Below are positions 48,769 to 61,886 of a stretch of DNA of 64,000 nucleotides, piece by piece. Numbering within the stretch: the stretch's first letter is position 1; each line of letters opens with the position of its first letter. The position numbers and the translations under genes are program-made. This stretch comes from Nymphaea colorata (taxonomy: Eukaryota): positions 13,206,001 to 13,270,000 of the forward strand of contig NC_045138.2 of NCBI RefSeq assembly GCF_008831285.2. The letters are read 5' to 3'. Under the pieces are notes generated by a model. That model was not told where the DNA came from, made no database searches, and saw only the letters and a program-made list of their open reading frames with translations.

Positions 48769-49887
48769 GATTGTGTACTAACTATGTAGCAAACAGTTTC
48801 TTAAAAAGCGAATAAATCACTTCATGACGTTAATTTAACATTTTAATGTCTGAGACGAATCAAGCAAAACTGATGTTTGTGTCCATATATCGCCCAATGG
48901 AGAGATAGGTTTTCCCTCCAGATGTCAAAAGATATCTATGGAAAAAGCGTATTTGGAAAATGGTGACGAGATAGCATCGTAGCAAAGTACTCAAGCTAAT
49001 GGGTGGGTACACCGTAGCCACTCATGGCACCAACGCAACCAAGTAACTTGGTGGGTTAGTTGTTGGGCCCACCTTACTTGAAATCGTAATACTTGCCCGG
49101 TGTTACCGTTCTGCAATGGTTTTTACCCGAGCCCAGTTGAGTTACATGAGTCGTATTAAAGGAACTCGAACTCGACTAAAAAAGAATGAACGAGCCGAAC
49201 CATCAACTCGAGCCGAGCTGAGCCGTTGTTCCGGCCCATTTTTCCCTTCATCTTTTAGCATGTAAATTTGTTCTCAATAAGAGTGCGATTCATGGACTTA
49301 ACCAAATTCGGATGCTTTGGGAGTACAACAACAATAACAATACTATTATTGTTGTTAGTGTGATGTGCTACGAAAGTTTTTATATGCTAAGTATGCTTTG
49401 TGGATTCTATCTAACAAATCATGTTAATCGCTTGATCCAATAACAGAATAGGGCATGAAATACTATTCAATCACCAATTCTAGCGCATGCACCAAGATGA
49501 AAACTGGTAGGCAGTATTTCGGAGGTGTCACGTTCGCTGCATGCAAAACAAACGACGCGTTTGGTTCTTCTAAGTTCATAGGAGTGGCGACGCTAAGGAC
49601 ATACCGGGTCTCTGGCGTCAGATGGGTTCTCTGCATGGGACCGCTCCACCTGAGCCGGATAAGCGGATTTCTGGGGAAGAGCAGTGGTGGAGTCAAAAGT
49701 TTGGGTTGAAGGGCTCTGACAATGAATTGGGTGCACCTAAAGCTAGGTTTGATGTGGGCATGCTAGGTTTGATGCGGGCGCCGAGACCTGAATTCAAGTA
49801 AAAAATTTTACACGCTCCGCTACTGAGTAGGAGGAGGAGGATCCAGAAGTAAACAAACCCCACCCCCACCGGGGCTATTGCCGTTTC

Positions 49888-49896
49888 TTTCCCGCC
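49888..49896 (+). promoter_or_regulatory. E2F-binding consensus upstream of RAD5A
   Basis: TTTCCCGCC matches TTTSSCGS, about 350 bp upstream of the ATG of a DNA repair gene. Confidence 0.5.
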
Positions 49897-50243
49897 GAAA
49901 GTAAGCGCGGGTTTTCCTTCTTTCCCTCCGTCTCCACGCACCTACATGTATAAATAAGCACAACAAGGAGACAAATCGACAAGCGAAGCAGAGCGCCTCC
50001 TTTTTCTCTCTTTCTTCTTCTCCAGTTCTTTCGTCCAGTCTGCTTCGTCGGGTTCACAGAGGCAGTAGCCAAATCGCCCTAATTTTCCGAATTTGGAGAC
50101 CTTTAGGGCTGGCTTCACAGCAAGGTAAATCGCAGGTCATCAGTTTTATTCTCTCTCTCTCTCTTTCTCCCCCTCTCTCTTTCAGGTTCAATACTTTGTT
50201 CCTTTCTCTCTCTCTCTATCTCTCTCCAGAAATAAGAGCAGAA

Positions 50244-53200
50244 ATGGGGGCCAAGGCGACAGGGGAGCTCATAGAATCGGTTCGATCCGTTCTTGGCGGT
50301 GACTTTTCAGAAATGAACATCATCCGAGCCCTCCACTTGGCCAAGAACGATGTCACCGCGGCCATCAACATCCTCCTTGACACTCCTTCCTTCAGCCCCA
50401 GACATAAATCCTCCCCATTTCAGATGACCCCGACTCCTCCTTCACCCTCTTCTTCCTCTCCCTCTTCTTCTTCATCAACAAAGAGGATCAGTGATTCTGA
50501 ACGAGCGGCCGACATCGAGAAGATGAGGCAAGACGATGGGCTAACCGAACTACAGGGTTCTTTGTCAACGTCCAAACCATTGACATCAACCGGCAGCGAT
50601 TGGTTATGCGTTGGAAGCGCTGAACTTACTGGGTTGTCTACCTGCAAAGGAAGGAAGATTAAGGTTGGGGATCCCGTGGTCATCTCGTTTCCTTCGAAGA
50701 GTAATGCAAGCTTGTCGTCTGGTACCAAGACATTCGGCAGAGGAAGACCGGTTGCAACTACTTCTGAGATTGTTAGGTTCTCTTCCCAGCAGTCCGGCGA
50801 GGTCACTTTCTTGTGTCTTTTTTTTTTTCGTCAATTGATTTCCCTCCACTGCTGTTAACAAAAGCATACGAAACGACAAACGGTGACAATGACACAATGA
50901 ATCAATTCCATACAAGTTAGAGCGGTGAAACAAGAGCTTGCAATGGCAGAGAAACTGGGAAGACAATTGGGTCATATATTTCACATGGGTGTTCTATTTT
51001 TGTAGATTGGTCGAATCCCGACAGAGTGGTCGCGTTGCCTTTTGCCTTTATTTAACGCAGAAAAGATCCGAATCGAAGCATACTGCAAGTGGGCACCCGA
51101 AATCCTCAGCATTATGGACACGGTTGTCTTGTCAGTCAGGTATGCGGAAGGTAAATGCCATAAGTATACGAGTATTTCCTCTGGTTTGCTATAGCGGTTT
51201 GTCATTGCGTTCACTTACTTGCTTTGCCCCGCTTTTATTGCTCGCATGTCATTCAGCGTATACCTTAATAGTTCCATGTTCCGGAAATATCAACAAACTC
51301 CTCTCAAGGAGAACCGTCAATCTCCGGACGAATCCATTGTTCAACCACTTCCTACATTGTTCAGATTGCTTGGGCTTTCACCTTTTAAAAAGGCAAGTTT
51401 ATCCAGTTCTTTTTACCTATGTCCAACTTTTTATTTCGAATCCTGGAAGTCCAGCTCTTGGGACCGACGAGCTCTTTCTTTTTAGAGAACAGGACCCAAC
51501 CTCGTGTTCAGTGAATATTATAGATATTAAACGGCAACGCACTTTCCTTGATAACTGCCATAGTTTCTCACAAACGTAGGATAACTGGTGCCTTTACCCC
51601 ATTGTTATATCCTAACATTATTCAAAGAATCATGCCATGTTTCAGTTCATAAGAGTTTGCCCTGAACTACGACTGTGGAGATTGTGCATCATTTTTGTGG
51701 GCAGTGGAGTATTGTCGATTTCTGTATTACTCTCTTATGCTTGAAGATATCTTTTTGCGACACCTCAAAAGTTCAGTCCTGGATCCAAGATTGCGAGGGA
51801 TATTGGGGGACTTATAAAAGGGCTCTTAAAGTAGTTGGTTGTCTGGTTCATAGTTTCTTTTCAGGTTGGAACTGAAACTACTAGAGAGCGGGTTGGGATC
51901 TGTTTGACCAAGGGTCCGAGCTCAGTGTGGGTCGGGTCTTTACAGTGGTATCAGAGCATGGTTCAACACTCGGACCTAAGGTCCCACATGCATGGACGTA
52001 TGTGCCTTAAGAGGGGTGAAATGTAACATCCCAAAAGTTTAGTCATGTATCTAAGATTGTGAGGGATCTTAAGAGACTTATAAAGGAGGATGTTAAAGTG
52101 GTTGGTTGTCTTGGTTCTTAGTCTTTTTCAGGGGGTATGTTAGGATCTGTTAGACCAGCGCTTGAGCGCAATGTGGGTCGGGACATTATACTCTCTCTCT
52201 CTCTCTATCTATGAGACAACAGAGAAAAGCCTGTCATTAAAATAACAATTGTGATGTCGCTCTTTTCAATGGCATGCTTCCCTTTGTTATGTTGGATGCT
52301 TCATATGATTCCTTGTTTACTTGTTAGTCAACATTATTTACCATTCCCTACCTTGTTCCATGACGGCATCCTTTACAAGCTGTTACTGAAAAATTGTGAC
52401 CGAGTAAAATTCGTGTCTTTAAGTCTTTCTATTATTTATTCAGGCTGAATTTACTCCAGAAGATCTATATTCTAGAAAACGTTCCATTGGTACAAAGGTA
52501 CATACTTTTGACATCTGCATTTGCCATTTTGAGCTTTGTTCATCTTATTCTATAATTAGAAATTGGAAATGGCACTTGAGCAGGATAATTCTGGAATTCA
52601 TCTGCCTTTAGAGAAATGTAGAAAATTGTCTTCGAATCCTATTAAAATGGAAAATGTGCAAGAGGATTCCATCTCTGAAACTGACATGGATAAGATCGTT
52701 GGAACTTCAGATAGTTCATATCTAGAGGTATGCTTTTATTCAGAAAGTAAGCAAATGGAGAAACTTTTTCCATGACTTCCTAGTCCTAGAGCTTCCTTTC
52801 TCAGGTCTCGAAAACATAAACTACAGGAAATGGATCCGCCTGATACCCTTCAATGTGAATTAAGGCCTTATCAAAAGCAGGCACTCCATTGGATGTGCCA
52901 GCTGGAGAAAGGAAGAGACCTAGAGGAGGCAGCAACAACTCTTCACCCTTGTTGGGAGGCATATCACCTGGGGGAGAAGTATTTCTAAACTTGAAATTCC
53001 TAATTTGAGATATTTTGTCTGCCCTTTTATCTAAGTAACAGTTGTTGCACGTTTCCCTTCAGGAGTGAATTTACTATTTATTTGAATGCCTTCTCTGGGG
53101 ATGCTACAGTTGAATTTCCTAGTGCTCTTCAAATATCAAGAGGAGGAGTATGTCGTACCCCTTAGCTTTGAATTAGATCCTGTACATTATGGTGCATTAT

Positions 53201-56200
53201 AGCCTCATGTAATTTGTCTATTTATGTCACATATGATGGCATACCTTTGTAGATTTTGGCTGATGCGATGGGCCTTGGGAAGACCATAATGACAATTGCT
53301 CTGCTTTTATCTGATCCTCCTGGAGATAGACTTGGCATTCATCCCGGTGGTCAAGCTTGTGAAAGTCGTGAACTGAACAAGGACGTTGATCTGCCTCCAA
53401 ATCATTCAAATACTATTACGAAAATTCCTGGCTTTAATAAGTTGATAAAAGCTACAAGGCTGTTGCAGATTAATGGCGGGAATCTGATTGTTTGTCCAAT
53501 GACATTGCTCGGCCAGTGGAAGGTGATTAAAACAGTTCTATATGCTTACCACTTACCTTTTTGGATGTAGTCTTCTATTTTTCTACTGACTCTAGATTTT
53601 GTTTTGAGCTTTTTCCTAGTAACTTAGTAAAGGATAGATATCACTGCCTCTGCTTAGATGATTTTTGTTTGCATTATTTCTTTGAACAAGTACCACCACA
53701 GGTGGTAAGAGAGGAATGTGAAGGGTGTCAAACCCTTGATCAAGTCCCAACCCTGCCATTTTGTTGCCTGCTAAGGCTTGGTGGTCGGTGCTCACCCTCA
53801 ATTTTTGGTAAGCATAATGTACTTAAATGTGTGAACTGACATGTGAATATACATGTACCATCAACATTATTATCATAAATGCTGTGACTGAAGTTCATGC
53901 CTCGTTTATCGGTTGTCATGTGAATTCATTTGCACCGGCAATTGTTTTTAGATGTCACAGGTAAATTTATGACATATCTTGGTTGTTATCATCTGCTGCT
54001 GCTTCCGTTTTGTTTCTTCTGTGTGACATGTAGACAGATACTGATGCTGAGTAGATAATGTGAATGTACACATTCTTTGGAAACTTGGATATGGGGCTTT
54101 TTCTTTTTCCGCTTAAACAAGGAAATGATGTACCTTTGACTTTTGTTTTGTGAGCTGTATAAACCTTAAACATATTGTTTCAATGTTTTAAAAGGTATTG
54201 TTATTCTGTATTATTTACAGTAATCGTTTCTGCATATATGTGCTTCATCAGTGAACTCATAAAAAAATGTTTCTTTTTTGTACCATAGGCAGAGATCGAA
54301 ACCCATGCCCAAACTGGATCTCTATCTCTGTTTGTCCATTATGGCCAGACCAGACCTAAGGACGCTAAATTTCTAGCTCAATATGATGTTGTTTTAACAA
54401 CTTATGGTGTGCTTTCTTCGGAATTCTTCGCTGAGGTAGATTAAAAATGCTGGCTTTTTTTGTGCCTATTTTTGTTTTGTTTTTCTATGGGATCAATTTT
54501 TATTACCATGTTTTTTTGTTATCGCAGAATACGGAGGACAACGGTGGGCTTTATTCTGTCAGCTGGTTCAGGGTTGTGCTTGATGAAGCACACACTATAA
54601 AATCTTCTAAAAGCCAAGTTTCTATGGCTGCAGCTGCGCTTGCTGCTGAACGCAGATGGTGTTTAACTGGCACTCCTATACAAGTAACGTGACCTATTGT
54701 TATTCTTAACATCTGTCATCCTGGTGCAAATCTTTTTCGCTTAAAGACATAATTTGGAGTCGATCTCCTTTTTGATAAACAAAGAGTTAGGAACCCTGTC
54801 CCATAATGTACATGCTTCCAAAATCCAAAGTATATGGCTGTAGTGAGTTAAGGCATCTTCACCTAGAGTTTCAGCTTGACCATTTGTGACCATCCTTGAT
54901 GCTTATTTTCCATTTGAGGAAGTTTCATAAACGTTTTGCCTTATTCATTTTGATTTGATTTGCTTACTTCTACACAAATTTAAGAAGAATCATCTGACTC
55001 TTAAGAGATTAGTCATGCTAATTATGGGATCAATTTTTATATAACTTGCTGCATGTCTTCCTTTCGTTCTCATTCATTCAGGTCAATCTGGCAGGTAGCT
55101 GCTTCGATAGAAACTTTTTAATTTTTCCACCCATTAGTTTTTCTTCACTTTTGTAGCTTGTACTAATTGCTGAAATTTAGTTGACTATAATACTTGTAAG
55201 AAAACCATTTATGGATGTGCATAAATGCATAATTTTTGTTTGATGGGATTACAACATGCTTCCAACCTGTCTTATTTAACCTAAGACACAAATACTATTG
55301 CCGTTCAATTATAAATTTTTATTCTGTTTTTCTGCTATCCTATTTCCATTTTTATAAGTTCTTTCACAAATCAATGATTAAACTGTTCTTTTGGCATGCA
55401 CGACCTTAAATTGTGAGCATCTCCTTGTGGCAGAACAATTTAGAGGACATATATAGCCTTCTTCGATTTTTGAGGGTGGAGCCCTGGCGGAGCTGGGGAT
55501 GGTAAGATTTTGCTTATTGTTAAAGCAAATAATTAATAATATATTGAATACTTTATAGTTTATTCTTGCTTGCAGTAATACAGGTAATATTGGAAACCTT
55601 TGTTAGTTTAGAGTCAGACTGAGCTGTTTATGGAAAAGCCACTTATTGGCTGTAAAGAGCTGCCAACATTTTGTTAATTGCATTCAATGTGGTCGTAACC
55701 TTTATAAAAAAAGATACATAATAAGGGAAGTAGTAGAATCAATAAGCAGGTCGGGTCCGTTCCATGATAATGGGTCGGGTCTTGTTAAGTCGTCCAACCT
55801 GTAATCACGACGATACATATTTGGGATGGTGACTCGAGGTCAGTTATCTAAGTAATGAAGGTGATGGCATTGTTGGAACATTATCCACACCAAAGGGTGA
55901 CTCAAACCAACAAAGTTGCCACCTGCATGCTATGCTTCTGTTGGTCACAGCTGCTGCTTATTTATTTATCACCTATCATGGGGGCCATAATACTTGTGGT
56001 TTTGGGACTGTTGTTGCTTCATGCCAATGAATTTGCCTATGGATGTTTTTAATTTACGAAGTGATTATGTAAAAGTTATTTTGCATTTTTCAACTTGTTG
56101 ATTTCTAGTCTACCTATTTGAATTGTTTGTCGTTGTTTAAGGTGGAATAGACTTATTCAAAAGCCTTTTGAAGAAGGTGATGAGCGTGGTTTGAAGCTAG

Positions 56201-59200
56201 TCCAATCTATATTAAGGCCAATAATGTTAAGAAGAACAAAGTGTAGCACTGACAAAGAAGGAAGGTTTGGCATTGTTCAATTGTTGCCTGTTGAAGAATT
56301 TCCTGCATTTTCTCTTAACTTTCTTCCCTTTCTTTCTCAGGCCAATCCTAGTTCTTCCCCCAGCTGATGTTCAGGTGATCTATTGTGAACTTACAGAAGC
56401 TGAAAGGGACTTCTATGAGGCCTTATTCAAAAGGTCAAAGGTAACATATTTTTCATTTCCTCCTTGGTTTTTAATTTTTAGATTTGTCTTTTCTTGCCTC
56501 TTTTATGTGATGCTACTTCGTTCTTGTCAGGTCAAGTTTGACCAGTTTGTGCAACAAGGGCGGGTTCTTCATAATTATGCCTCCATTCTCGAGTTACTCC
56601 TGCGACTTCGCCAATGCTGTGATCATCCTTTTCTTGTGATGAGGTTAGCTTAAGCTATCTATGTTTTACAGAAATGTTTCTGTGATAATTGTGTTCGTCT
56701 TTTGTCTTCTTGTTGAGAGTAGGACAATAATATCTCTTTTGGTAGGCAATTGCATTTTTTGAACAATAGACAATGCTTATTTTATTTGTCTTTTGGAGGT
56801 TGCGGTTTTTTTTTTTCAGAAAAGGGCATCATGTTCTTTTATATTGCTTGCATATCTATGGTTTATTTTTACCTGCTGGGGTTGAGTGTTGCCCTAAAAG
56901 TATGAGGCAGAGAAATTCACCAATAAAGGCTTCTTCCTGTTGTTTGGCTTGTAAATTCCTCCTGCATCATGTTTTTTGTTCTGATATTAATTTTTGAGTT
57001 TTTCTCCCCGGACAGTTGACCGATTTATGTTGGTAAGTAATGCAGAGGAACACAAGTTAATTTCACTTCAGTGGCTTGTATGTTTAGGCTTATATGCATC
57101 TATTCCTGAATCCTATGTTTCAACTTCCAATATATATTACCATCGATTATCTTTACTCCACTTCTTCCCCATTTGGTTAAAAATAGTTGTGGTGAAAAAA
57201 AATGTGCTTGTTCCTTTGATTTTTGTATGGACATGAAACTCGAACATGTTTGTCTGTTGGCCTCTTAGTGTCCATCTAAAGATGTTTCCCTGTGGCATCT
57301 GCTGTCAATTAAAGCTAAACCTAGAAATAAACTAGCAAAAGGCAAAGAAGTTTGGGAGATTTATAACATGGTTTGTTTCCAAGAAATAATGGTCCTTCTG
57401 CATTTGCAGCCGTGGTGATACACAAGATTTCACCGACTTAAACAAACTAGCAAGACGCTTCATGAAGGGCAGCCAAGATGATTTGGATGGTGAATCTAGT
57501 TCAGCACCACCCAAAGCTTTTGTCCAGGAAGTCATAGAAGAACTACGAAAAGGTGAACAAGGAGAATGCCCTATTTGCCTTGAGGCCTTTGAAGATGCTG
57601 TACTTACACCTTGTGCTCACCGCCTATGTCGAGAATGTCTTTTGGCAAGTTGGCGAAGTGCCATGTCTGGTCTTTGCCCTGTTTGCAGGTACATTTTGAC
57701 ATGATTGGCCTTAACAATTTTTGGTGTCTTGGCAGCAACCTGACCAAATGCTTTCCATTTGGATGCAGGAAAAACATAAATAGGCAAGGCCTCATTACCG
57801 CCCCTACAGAGAGCCGATTTCGTGTTGATGTTGAGAGGAACTGGATAGAATCTTCAAAAGTTTCGATTCTTCTGAATGAGTTGGAAAGGCTTCACTCTTT
57901 AGGATCTAAGAGCATTGTTTTCAGCCAGTGGACTGCTTTCCTTGATCTTCTACAGATTGCTTTTTCTAGGTTACATCTGCCTATCCATTTCATGCACTGT
58001 TGCCTTCTGAGGAACCTGTGCCATATTTCTTGATTAAGATGAAGCTATGGTTTTTGTACCATGAATTGTTATCAATTGGAGATCATTGTTTCATGACCTT
58101 GTTTAGATGTATTGTTTTTGTCTAGTATTATTTTCCAATATTTTGTCATTGTTAGTTGACAAAGCTGAAGTTTCTTGAAATTTACGTCTTAGGTTTTCTT
58201 GTTGACTTGCTAATGGTGGAACTGTTGCAGTATGGATCTTCAAAAGATGCTTTAGGATACCGTTCTTACTTAGCAAATGGCCCCAATCCCTTATTTTTGC
58301 TGATAATCCTTTTTAACATTGTTGTGGTCACTTTTTGTTTGTGTCTGGTTTTTTGGAGCAACCTTCTCACGATTTTATTTTATTTTTATTATCTGATTCA
58401 ATTTTTGCTATTTTCTAGGAGAAATTTACCATTTATTCGTCTAGATGGCACCTTAAACCAGCAACAACGGGAGAAAGTTATCAAGAAGTTTTCTGAAGAA
58501 AATGATGCATTAGTACGTTAATGTGACTTTTGTCTTGCTAGTGCCTAGGAGTATCGGTTCAGGCACCTCCTGACTTTCTTATTACATCTTTCAGGTGTTG
58601 TTGATGTCCTTGAAGGCTGGAGGTGTAGGAGTTAATCTTACAGCAGCATCTAATGCTTTTCTGTTGGTATGTACCCTCAATTCGGTGGTTAAATTGTGTG
58701 TATGTGCATGCAAGTGTCTGTGCATATGTGTGCCTATAAAAACTAGTTGGTTTGTGACTTTGTTTTAATGAAGTTGCAGGCAAACTATTTTAGAATACAT
58801 GGTCAACCATTTTTGAAACCCTTGAACCCACTTATGGACACATGGTTTGGGAGAAACGATTTCCCACCAAATGAACCATGTGATCACATATGCTGCAACC
58901 AATTGCAAAAGTTGCAAAGTTCTTCTATATGATTCTTCTCGGAACTTCAACGCATGCAAGTGTGATGCTGTTACTTGATGTTTCAGCATTTTCAGTCACT
59001 GTGCTTGTATGCATGTGGGCTGAGGCAATTGGTAGCTTCAAGGGCAAGCACCATTTATTCCGGTGAAATGTATCCTATGATGTTGCATGCCATAAGCTGC
59101 AGAACTATAAGGAAGGAGTTCATGCTAAGTGAATGTTGGGAAGCTGTCACCAGCTTATGGGGCATGCAACTGAATGGAACTTACAATAGTAACTGTTGTG

Positions 59201-59746
59201 GGCATTTGCTTGCGCTGACGTTTCTGCTCAGGCTGTTTGTATCTATCACTGTAAGCTTTGTTGCTTTGTCTGGTGAAACATATGCACTACATATACTCAG
59301 CTGCATAGAGTTTCTGAAAAATGCTGATAAGAGTAGGGAGTTTGGGTCTAACCTGCCAGTTCAGTGGTCTTGAAATTTATTTGGTGTTCAGTAGTATGCA
59401 ATGTATCTTGCAGGATCCATGGTGGAACCCAGCAGTGGAGGAGCAGGCTGTCATGCGCATACATCGCATAGGTCAAACAAAGAACGTTACCATCCGGAAG
59501 TTCATAGTTAAGGTAGATTTGTGAAAGTAATTATAAATATCTTTTTGCAATCGGTGAAACATTTGGACCTAAATCTCCTATATTTTATTTGTGCCACCTG
59601 AAAACAAAGCACCTTGGTTGCAGGGAACAGTTGAGGAAAGGATGGAAGCAGTGCAAGCCAGGAAACAGCGGATGATCTCTGGGGCCCTAACTGATCAAGA
59701 AGTTCGGAATGCTCGCATAGAGGAGCTGAAGATGCTTTTCACATGA
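50244..59746 (+). CDS. RAD5A: DNA repair protein RAD5A (HIRAN, SNF2 helicase, RING finger; 20 exons, 1035 aa)
   Basis: Exons: 50244-50801, 51006-51139, 51257-51392, 52444-52497, 52584-52727, 52827-52978, 53063-53147, 53253-53522, 54289-54435, 54528-54683, 55434-55501, 56142-56264, 56341-56440, 56531-56643, 57410-57688, 57769-57969, 58419-58512, 58595-58666, 59414-59512, 59624-59746. The total of 3108 nt stays in frame. Motifs: UBA/CUE-like N-terminus, HIRAN (GLSTCKG, EIVRFS, GEIGRIP), [45 protein letters not shown]...CAHRLCREC...[32 protein letters not shown]. Confidence 0.96.
51756..52190 (+). mobile_element. TRIM (terminal-repeat retrotransposon in miniature), about 435 bp, in RAD5A intron 3
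   Basis: LTR1 51756-51944 and LTR2 52022-52190 are diverged direct repeats. PBS TGGTATCAGAGC at 51946-51957, PPT AAGAGGGGTGAAA before LTR2, internal region about 77 bp. The TSD is degenerate (CTTTT vs CTCTC). Confidence 0.85.
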
Positions 59747-61877
59747 GGAAGATGGTGATTGGTAAAATTGGAGTATTTTGGACGTTGTTGCTGAATCGAA
59801 CCTTCGAAGACTGAGGACTTCGGAGGCGCTCTTTTTGGGACCTCAGTCTGTGGTTGGCAAGGGAATGTAGCAGAAAGCAAGTATGGATCATCAGGCAGGT
59901 GGACGGCTTTTTGGTGCACGATGGTTTGGTTCTCTGTGTCATCACTTTGTAGCTCTTTTTATTATTCTTCTTCAATTGAAGCCAAAGATGCCTTGCTTGA
60001 AATGGGAAAAGCAAGCATATTTTCCTGGTGTACAGAAGCTGGAAAAAAAAATTGAAGGATAATATTTGTTCTAAGTTCCTTTGCCGAGCTGCTGGCTTGA
60101 TAGGTTGGCAGCGTCGTTAAAAGTGAAAGGCTCTCCATTGCATGTTCATTTCTTTACTGTCCGTCTAATAGAAATTTATACATTGAAGGGATGCCTCCTT
60201 TACAAAGGCCGTCCGTTCCAATGGGTATCCATGTCGAGAAAAGGCAGAATTTTGTTAGTTGCTTTTTTAGCTCATTTCTCCAACTAGTTTTGGTTCTTTT
60301 CCCATTTCAACTACTTGCATGACCTAGATTAATCCACAGTAAAGGGTGAAAATGGGCGAAAAACAATGCCGTATTCAAGGTGAGCTCGTGTGGTCTTCCG
60401 AATGGAGAGGATAGTTTATGATCGACCCGTTCGTATCCAAAGAAAAGACATACATGTCATGGACTAGACAAGGAGAGCGGCCCAATACTCAGTCACCGTT
60501 ACTTGGGTCTCCCATACGTACGTCGACTACCCATTGATGGTCATGGAGGCGAAATGTTTCTGCAACGTCCCAGCGAATTAGAAGGAATTAGCTGAAGCCA
60601 ATTCCTAATTAGTCTCATATACAAAATAATGTACCGTCGCCTAGACGTCTAGTTTTCTCGTTACATAATGTCTCACATGCAAAATAATCTACCATCGGCT
60701 TACTTGACGTGAAGTTTTCATTCTGCATGGTCTTGCACTGTGATGCATAACCCATGGGCACTCTCGTGTGTGAACCTAATATTATGCTTGGGAATTAGAT
60801 CAACAACGGTTCAGAATTTGACTAGGAATCCATTGCCGTTGGTGCTCTGTATTTGCGCACGGTAATATATGTTCCCAAGTGCAAAACTTATTCGTTGACT
60901 TAAGTTGGATCGCTTTCATATGCTTTTAGAGCAATACATAAGGGGGAGGAGGTAGGTGTTGCTGATCTTTTGCCGCAGACTGCATCTGTTGGCAAACCAG
61001 GGCTAGAAGAGAGCGTCACTGTCTGCTGTCGACTTCAGCACGTTCCTACCAGGCATTTTTTGACGGCATAATATAGTCACCAGGTAACGGTCATCATCGC
61101 AACCATATTGAAACCGAAGTCATGCTGGCAGGTATCTCTTGGGTCTCCTGTTAGACATCTCCGCGTCTTCGAGTATCGCTCATCCATCCAGTAGCAATAC
61201 CACAGTGGGGAGAGAGAGAGAGAGAATGTGTGTTTCCATCGACCAAGGTGGAAATAACGCAGAGACACCCCACTAGGCCTAACTTTTTCATCCCCCATTT
61301 CAAGATATTAAGATAAATGTACCCCAAAATTAAATTTCTTATGATTGCGTCGGTTTTAATTCATTAAAAAATTTAATATTTATTTTTATACATGTATAAG
61401 TGTTTTTCGCGACTAATGTTTTTAAACAGGTGCCTCTACAGCTAATTTTTCTGGCGCCACTGTTCAAAACCACAAACAATCTAATTTCAGAGATTTTCTT
61501 TTCTCACAACTGAACATGTCGTTAATGACAAGAGCTATTTGTCTTTCATATACAGTTTAGCTGGTAATTGCATTTTTAGAAATTGATAGAAACTTGTTGG
61601 CTTTTCTTTTAGATACTTGTTCCTATTTTTCTATTTTCTAGAGAATTTAGACACACCAATACAATCTTCTCGGGGAATCATATTTTCTAAGTCTTTTTAA
61701 GGACGGTTCGTTTCGGAAACTACTCGTGACAACATCGTTTACCCATCACATTGGTTCCTGGCATGATCCTAACTCCTGAGGTCGTTTGAGCGCAGCGGAA
61801 CAGCACAGCCTGTTGGTCCTCTTTCATTATCCATGCAGTCAACGCCAACATAGGACACGGAAGGACGTGGAATGGGG

Positions 61878-61886
61878 GTATAAAAC
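61878..61886 (+). promoter_or_regulatory. Candidate TATA box for the DUF3128-like gene
   Basis: TATAAAA followed by a pyrimidine-rich leader. A candidate 5' UTR intron runs from CAG|GT at about 62074 to TTCCTGCAG at about 63038. Confidence 0.35.

Noticed and set aside
50938..51579. 213-aa ORF inside RAD5A
   Set aside because: It is an off-frame read across exons 2-3 and introns; the spliced RAD5A frame explains the region.
51756..52190. Cassandra (5S-carrying) identity for the TRIM
   Set aside because: No 5S rRNA A/C-box similarity is visible in the LTRs.
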